Shown here one piece after another: positions 26,811-34,400 of a stretch of 38,251 bases of DNA; the first letter of the stretch is position 1; every line of letters begins with the position of its first letter. Made by a program: the position numbers and the translations under genes. Location of the stretch: NCBI GenBank assembly GCA_027037615.1, contig JALVZN010000044.1, positions 1 through 38,251 on the forward strand. Reading direction: 5' to 3'. The notes under the pieces were generated by a model. That model searched no databases, was not told the DNA's origin, and was given only the letters and a program-made list of their open reading frames with translations. The stretch comes from a candidate division WOR-3 bacterium (GTDB taxonomy: Bacteria > Hydrothermota > Hydrothermia > B15-G9).

Positions 26811-28172
26811 ATGAAAAAGGTGATAACAGTCACAATCATCGTGGCCGCACTCACAGCGGCTTTATACAGTTATTTGCAGCCTCAGGAGTTGAAAAGGAAG
26901 GACATATCGAGCGATTTTGAGCTGCTCCCGGCCGAAAACATCAAGAGCGTCGTCGTCCTGCCGTCATTCGACAGGACGCTTGAGCTGGTCGGGACGAAGG
27001 AGTGGTTCAAAGAGGCCCAATCGAACGGGCTTATGGACGATTTTTTCGATTATCTCGCATTCAGGCTGAACATCGGCGGCCTGCCGTCAAAGGCGCTTAA
27101 GCTTTTCCACGGCAAACTGTTCTGGGATCTCATCGGCGATGGCGCACTGGTCGCAACATACGACAACGGCGAGAAGATTTACATCACGCACCCGAAAGAG
27201 CATGTCCAGATGGCATGGCGCAGCATTCTGAAAGAGGGGCAGGAATTCCGCCATTCCGGCCTGCTTTACTCGAAGCTGGGCCAGTCCTACATCAGTTTTG
27301 TCGGAAACCTGTTTGTGGCGACCACATCTGAGCCGAAGATGTGGGCCGTGCTCGAACGAATGACCAAAAAGATGCCGTCGATGGCAGAACAGATGAGCCC
27401 GATGAGCGGGGTTTACGCTTACGGCATGGTGGAAGGGGACGGTGTGCTTCTGCGCGGAAAAATCGAGTTCAAAGTCAATGAAAACGGCCTGACAGCGGAT
27501 ATGCGCGACATCGACGGGGTTATCGGTGCGCCTCTGAGGACTGCCAAACCGTTCGGAAAACTTCTTCTGCCCGACGGGACAACGGCGGTGATTGGGTTCA
27601 AGAAGATCGATTTTTCCGAGAGCGAGGATTTTCTCGCAAACAACTTCCCGAATTACACGAATTCGTTGAGCGAAAACGGGATCAAACCCATCTTTCCGCT
27701 TCTGAAAGGCAAGCTAAAGCTCATCGTGGCGGGGTTTACCGAGGACTACTACGCCGTTCCGGAATTCGCATTGAGCATGCAGCTGAGCAGAAAGGGGCGA
27801 AAGGCAATTCGCGATGTCATGGGCGGCTACATCTCGGACGATCAGTCGCTTCTCAGCTGGGGCGTGGAATCGAACAACCTGATTTTGTGGAACGAGCAGA
27901 CGCTCAAGAACATGCTCAAAAGCTCGCGTGGCAAAACTGTCTCAAAACGCAACCTGATAGCCGTTATAGACATGGACGCAGTCTCGCGCAACATCTTCGA
28001 CTACATGATGCATGTGTCGAGATATTCCGAGTTTGTAAGCGCAAACGCACTCAGGAGCAAGGTCGCCAATGTCGTCCGCAAGATGATCAAAGGCCGCGCA
28101 GTCGTGCTCATGAGCCATCCTGACAAAAACGATGTGCGGATAGAGTTTCTGACAAGCCAATCGGCGCGCTAA
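26811..28172 (+). CDS. Membrane-anchored protein of unknown function
   Basis: It has a single N-terminal TM or signal anchor (VITVTIIVAALTAALYSYL). The remaining roughly 430 aa have no motif I recognise. The ATG is 2 nt after the SpoIID-domain stop. Confidence 0.6.
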   Translation: MKKVITVTIIVAALTAALYSYLQPQELKRKDISSDFELLPAENIKSVVVLPSFDRTLELVGTKEWFKEAQSNGLMDDFFDYLAFRLNIGGLPSKALKLFHGKLFWDLIGDGALVATYDNGEKIYITHPKEHVQMAWRSILKEGQEFRHSGLLYSKLGQSYISFVGNLFVATTSEPKMWAVLERMTKKMPSMAEQMSPMSGVYAYGMVEGDGVLLRGKIEFKVNENGLTADMRDIDGVIGAPLRTAKPFGKLLLPDGTTAVIGFKKIDFSESEDFLANNFPNYTNSLSENGIKPIFPLLKGKLKLIVAGFTEDYYAVPEFALSMQLSRKGRKAIRDVMGGYISDDQSLLSWGVESNNLILWNEQTLKNMLKSSRGKTVSKRNLIAVIDMDAVSRNIFDYMMHVSRYSEFVSANALRSKVANVVRKMIKGRAVVLMSHPDKNDVRIEFLTSQSAR

Positions 28173-28318
28173 AACGGTAAAAAATCACAGCCTCCCATTT
28201 TCAATCGGGCCGATTTAGCTCGATTTCACGCATTGGCTGAATGGGATCGCCTGAAAGATAGGCTTTTGCCGCATCTCACCGTGCGTAGAAGTCGATTATC
28301 ATCATGGAGATCGGCGCA

Positions 28319-28347
28319 TTGCCACGGTATTAAATTTTGGTTATAAT
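28319..28347 (+). promoter_or_regulatory. Near-consensus sigma70 promoter for the giant gene (TTGCCA-N17-TATAAT)
   Basis: TTGCCA at 28319-28324, an exact 17-nt spacer and TATAAT at 28342-28347. The predicted 5'-UTR is about 85 nt. Confidence 0.65.
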
Positions 28348-28438
28348 GGCGCTTAGAAACCAACCCACCTGAAGAGGGACAGGATAAAGTCATACCCGCC
28401 ATCCTCTCTCTTTGAAGGTGAAAGGAGGGAAGGGAGTT

Positions 28439-31400
28439 ATGAACAAGTCCAGATTTTTGGTCGCCTTCATGGCGATCGTCGTCGCTTTCCCTGCTTTCAT
28501 ACACGCCGAGCTGACATCCGTCGAATACAAAAGGGATGTTTACTACAACTCCGATCCGCAGAGCGGCGCGCCGCTCGATGTTGACTACCATACGCCGGGC
28601 ATCACCTCCATCTCCATGCTGCAACAGGACAGGTTGCACCTCTATTTTCAGGCAGGGACAACGCCCTACTATTTGAAGGGCGGAATAAGGGTTAAGTTCA
28701 TCTGGGACACTGATTCAGCTGGTCCCGGGAACAGGTTTTCTGTAAAAGTCGTTGCGGAGACCGATTCAGCGTTTCAGGGGAACCCATACTTTGGAGGTTC
28801 TCACGAGATCTATTCCAATTACGGGGTTCAGGTAGGCGTTACAGATGAGGCAAGGGTTCTGGAACTGCATTATGGCGTTCTGACATGGGGAGATTGGATG
28901 GAAACACTTGTGGGGCTGGGCTTTGACTTATGCATAAACATGCGTGGCGATGGGATACTGCCAATGGAAAGCGAATCGCTCACCGCCGGGGATGAGGTCA
29001 CCCTCGTTTCAATCGGTGCCGATATGTTAGCAGGGGAGAAAGCTTTGAAGGATAGGCATGGGAATCCCATCAAGGACGACGCGGCATCATCTGTCCTGGG
29101 GTTATTGAACCTTGTGAGTCTCGGCATGAGCAACTACTACAAACTCCAAGACGGCCGCATATACTTAGAGATTGAACCCGTCTGGCCGTTTTACTACGAT
29201 CCGGCTTATGGCAACAACAGTCAGCATGTCTGGATGCACAGGGGCGACACAGTCGTGTTGCATCTCGCCGTCGATCCCCTTGCGACAAACAACGATACCG
29301 GCTACTTCAGGATACTCTCCAACGGATATGTTGAGGAGGACATCTACTACAGGCAGGCGATACATGTGGGTTTCCTGTGGTGGGATGAGGATGTTTACAC
29401 GGAGCCTTGGTTCCCGTTGAGGAACGGGACGGTCGCCCTGATGTTAGATGACGATTTCCCGCTCATACCCGTCCCGTTAACAGGGGAAAGCCATTCACAC
29501 GCAGACCTTTACATAGACACTGAATATCTATCCGTGTGGAACACAAGGTATCTGGGCGGATATGTCTCACTGACGCCAACTCCTCAGGTAGATGGCTGGA
29601 CAGGCGTCGGAATTAAAGTGAAAAACAAGGGCAACATCACATCGACAGGTTACACAATAAAGTTCGTGTTTCCCGATAGCGTCAAAACTGAGCACAGGGA
29701 CGGCAACATACCGCCGGGCGGACACGATGATGTCTCAAAAGTGAGTCCTCAATGGACGCAGACGGGCGTGTCCCCGATCTCGATTATCATCATACCTGAC
29801 CCGACCAATCACGACCCCAATCCGCACAACGACACGCTGAACTTCAATGTCTTTGTCCGTAAGCACACGATTCCGGTGCTGGTGGCCATCGTGGATGAAG
29901 CAACTGGCGATACCATAACGCCTTCCGATTCGGTCTTTGGCCGCGTATGGGCGACGAACAACCAGAACTATTTTGAGCGCGGCGTCCCCGATACAACCTA
30001 CAACGGCTGGGACAGGTGGCTGTTGATGGTGCCAGAGGGGGAAGCGGTCACCATCACCGCTTTTCCAGATTCCAATCACCAAAATATTTACACATCAAGC
30101 AAATATGTCGATGTGGATACCTTATCGTCAGAACCTCTATGGGTTTACATCAGGCTATGGGGATGGGGATCCGTTGAGGGCACCGTCACGGACGAGAGCG
30201 GGGCGCCGATTGAGTCCACTCTGGTGTCGGTGGGGCCTTTTTACACATGTTACACCGACCAGAACGGCCATTATCTGATTGAACACCTGCCATCAAACCA
30301 CCTTTTGACAAACTCACCCTATTATGTCAGTTTCTACGCTCCGGGATACCGCATCGACAGCATCCCGTTCCATATCAACAACTCAGAGACAGCACATATC
30401 GACCACCAGATGGCGGACATAGACACGATCCCGCCATACGGAGAGATCAGCTGCTCGCCTGTTGTTCCAAAGACGCTCACGATAAACCTAACCGCAATGG
30501 ATACATTCACCCAATTTGGCGATACCCTGCCTCCGACGAAGGTCATGATCAAGGACAACAACTCATCGTGGCATGAATACGATTACGGGACGGGTTTTGA
30601 CAAATCCATAACATGGACGGTTCACACAAGCACTTCCCATACGGAGGTTGACACGATTTTTGCAAAGTTTGAGGACAACGCTGGAAACATATCGGACAGC
30701 ATCATGCAGGTCGTAACAGTGGCTCAAGACCCGCCTGAGGGCACCTTCACGATAAACCACGGCAACAGCAGCACATCAAATACGGATGTCATGATCACAG
30801 ATGTGACGATCACCTCAAGCGCCGTAGGTGTGCGGGACATAACGATCACCGAAGATGGCGGCGATAGCGTGACTTACAACTACTCGGAGGGGGCGGAATA
30901 TCCGTTCTCCATCACTGCAACCGCCGGCTCTCACACGGTCTGGGTCACTTTCAGGGATTCGTTTGGCCTGACATCACAGCCTGTGCCAGGCGCCATAGAG
31001 CTCGAATATTCAGGGAGGGTGTCGATAAACAACGGTGCACAATACACCAGATCAACCTCAGTTGACCTATCGATCGAGGCGAGCTCCTTTTTGGTCTCAA
31101 ATGTGAGTGGTGACAACATGTTCGGCGGCCACCCTCTGGCTCAATCGTTCGTGCCGCATGCCGACAGGATTTACGGGATCAGCGTTTACTTAATGGGCGC
31201 AGATTCAGGCCTCAAAATCGGGATTTACAGGGATTCCGTGGCCGGCAATACCCATTTGCCCGGCCGCATGCTCGTGCTGGATACCCTGAACTATGACCCT
31301 CAGGCTGGATGGGTAACAATTCCCTACCCCTCGCCCATTTTAGTCGATCCAGACAGGAGTTACATGATAGTCCTATTTCAGACTACGCTCGACGGCGTAT

Positions 31401-34400
31401 CGAATGACCTCTATGTGGAAGCGGGGCCATCGAACAACTATTCCGAAGGGGATCTCTACTTCTATCCGTCATACAGAAAACGGCCGACGGATGACTGGTA
31501 TTTCTCGGGCTATGACATGGTTTTCAGGGTTCTGGGACGGGCTGACGGGATGGAGATCTCGAACTACGAGGATTTTCACAATTCAACGGGTTTGATCTCT
31601 TTCAGTCCCTCTTATTCGGGCTGGGAACTGCTTCCCGGTGACGGATTGAAAAGGGTCTATGTGAGGATAACGACGGGCAGCAATGTCTCGACGGTCCACG
31701 ACGCCATAATACTCGATCGAGAACCGCCGACCGATGTCTCGGTCTCGATAATGAACCACCTCCCATACCTTGAGACCACGGAGTGCACGCTCAACATCTA
31801 TGCCGTTGATACACTTTCGGATGTGGAAGCTTACAGCGTAAACGATGGCGAATGGCAGGATGCATACCGCCTTCTGCCGATGATCACGGTGCACAATGTC
31901 CAATCGGGTGCTCCCGGGCCAAGGACGATGAGTTTCAGGTTCAAGGACAGGGCAGGCAACATAAGCGATCCCACTTCCGTGACCATCGATTATGACCCGG
32001 ACGGCCCTCAAGCGTCGGTAAGGCTTGGAAACAACGGATTTTCGCCATCGGAAACTGTCGGAGTCCATATCTCTCTCGCAAAATTCAACGGAAAGTCGAT
32101 AACGGTTGACAGCATGAGGTTTGCGTCGGGGCACCGTATGGAATGGGGCGAATGGATGCCTTTTAAGGCCGATACATCTTACATCTTCGACAAAGGCGGG
32201 AATGTTGGGCTATGGGTCGCATTGAAAGACAATTACCGCAAAACATCGACATTCATCGCAAACTGCGTGATCGACACGACCCCACCCGGTGAGGTTTATG
32301 ATGTGCGAGATGAAGGTCAATCGACCAGAAACCACAGCTCGCTCGCCTTCTGGTGGCAATGCAGAGGGGACTACGAATCCGGGCTCTCGCAATTCCAGAT
32401 AGTCGTATCGACCGATCCGAGTTGCCTCAGCGACATCGTCACGGTTGTCTCTGTGCCTCCGAATGACAGATCCGCTCGCATAGATGTTCCAGGTATGCGC
32501 GGCGACTCAACATATTACGCAAAAATCGTGGCGGTGAACAGGGCGGGACTCTGGAGCCAGAGCGACCCAACCGATGGGATAACCGTCATAAACGGCATAG
32601 TGCAATTCGATTTGATCTCGCCTTCCGACTCAGCCCTTCTGGATAACAGCCAGCCTGTTCAGCTTGTCTGGCACAGCACATCGGACAGCATTTCCGTCCT
32701 GACAGGATACGAAGTCTTTATCGACAATGCATCTTATGGGCTTATCGGGGACACAACGCTTTCGATAGACACGCTTGACGACGGCTGGCACAGCTGGTAT
32801 GTGGTTGCGCACGATAGCCTTGGGGATACCAAAACCTCATCGTCAACATACAGCTTTTATCTCGGTGCGGCGCCGCAAACACCGCTGGCCATCTTCCCGT
32901 CGGACACATTCCTGAACAGCGACACGGTGAACTTCATCTGGAGCTCCGCATCGAAAGCGGCCTTAAGCAACCCATCAGCAATCGGTAAACCGAGATGGGA
33001 AGGCGCGGACGATGGGCTCAAGGGCGCGGACATCTTCACAATCCAGATAGCGACTGACACATCGTTTTCGTCGATCGTGGACTCCGTAACCACCTCGGAC
33101 ACAACCCTATCGCTTGTTATCGGCGAGGGCAGGTGGTTCTGGAGGGTAAAAGCGTCCAATCCGCTCGGCACATCCGACTGGAGCACTACGGCAAGGTTCG
33201 GCGTTGACACGACGGCCCCGACACCGTTTGCGGGCATCTCTCCATCGGCATCCGACACAATTCACAGCGATACGGTGCAGTTCCTGTGGCATAGTTCGTT
33301 CGACAACTTCGGGCTGATCGGATACAGGCTCACCTGCTTCTCTCAGGACACGGCGATAACGGTTTACACAGGCGACACCGCCTCCACCATAGCGCTCAGG
33401 TCAGGTGATTACAGCTGGTATGTCGAGGCGATAGACAGCGCTGACAACATAACCCATTCCGATACCGTAGCTTTCACCGTTGAGGTCATCACGCTTCCGA
33501 CGCCCGTGCTCGTTTCGCCTCAGAACGACACCATCGTCGCCCACACGGATGGGATCGAGTTCGTCTGGCGAACCAGCGGAATTAAAAACGGGTTGGCGGA
33601 CATCGACGGCGCGAAAACCCCGTCATACGGGTTCGTGTTCCAGCTGTCTTCGGATTCGCTATTTCAAAACCCGGTGGTCTGTGACACGCTGACGGACACA
33701 ACCATAACGCTCGACATCTCTGAAGGCCGTTTCTACTGGCGGGTAAGGGCGGCTGATTCGATCGGCCACCTCAGCTACTGGACTTCGGCATGGGAACTGC
33801 TGGCAGATACAACCCCGCCGAATGCGCCCGTTCTGATCTCGCCATCGGACGGTGACACGCTGCATTCCGACACGATCCAGTTTCTTTGGCATGCCGCAGC
33901 CGACAATTTCGGAATTATGTCATACCAGATAAGTTGTTGGTCAGCGGATACATCGCTCTCATTGCAGACTCAGGACACATCGCTTGCCGTCGCCCTGCCA
34001 AACGGCCACTACTCATGGGCGGTCGATGCGGTCGATAGTGCTGGACATTCGACGGCTTCCGATTCCGTTTCATTCACGGTTCGCGTGTTCAACCTACCGA
34101 CACCTGTGCTGATCTGGCCACATAACGATTCCATCTACAATACATTTGAGGTGCCATTCGTGTGGAGCCCGGGGGACGGCAAAAAAGGCTCATCCGATGC
34201 AGGAAAACCGTCGAATTACTACATCCTTGAGGTGTCGAGTGATTCGTCTTTCGACAACATAACCATTTCCGACACATTGGCAGACACATCTGAGACGCTA
34301 TCGCTCTGGTATGGATACGCTTACTGGAGGGTTAGGAGATACGACGACGAGGGCGGACTTAGCGCATGGACAGCCACATGGACGACCGGAGTTGATACCT

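Noticed and set aside
28400-28438. A possible RBS-sequestering hairpin in the giant-gene leader, pairing the pyrimidine run CCTCTCTCTTT with AAAGGAGGGAAGGGAG
   Set aside because: Pairing by hand needs several mismatches or bulges (C-A clashes after 4-5 bp). This is not convincing without a folding calculation.
31583-33258. Minus-strand ORFs of 183 aa (31583-32134) and 133 aa (32857-33258) inside the giant gene, considered as possible nested genes
   Set aside because: They have no RBS and no recognisable motif, and their composition is dominated by Arg/Val/Asp from the complement of sense codons. The sense frame is continuous for 8.3 kb.
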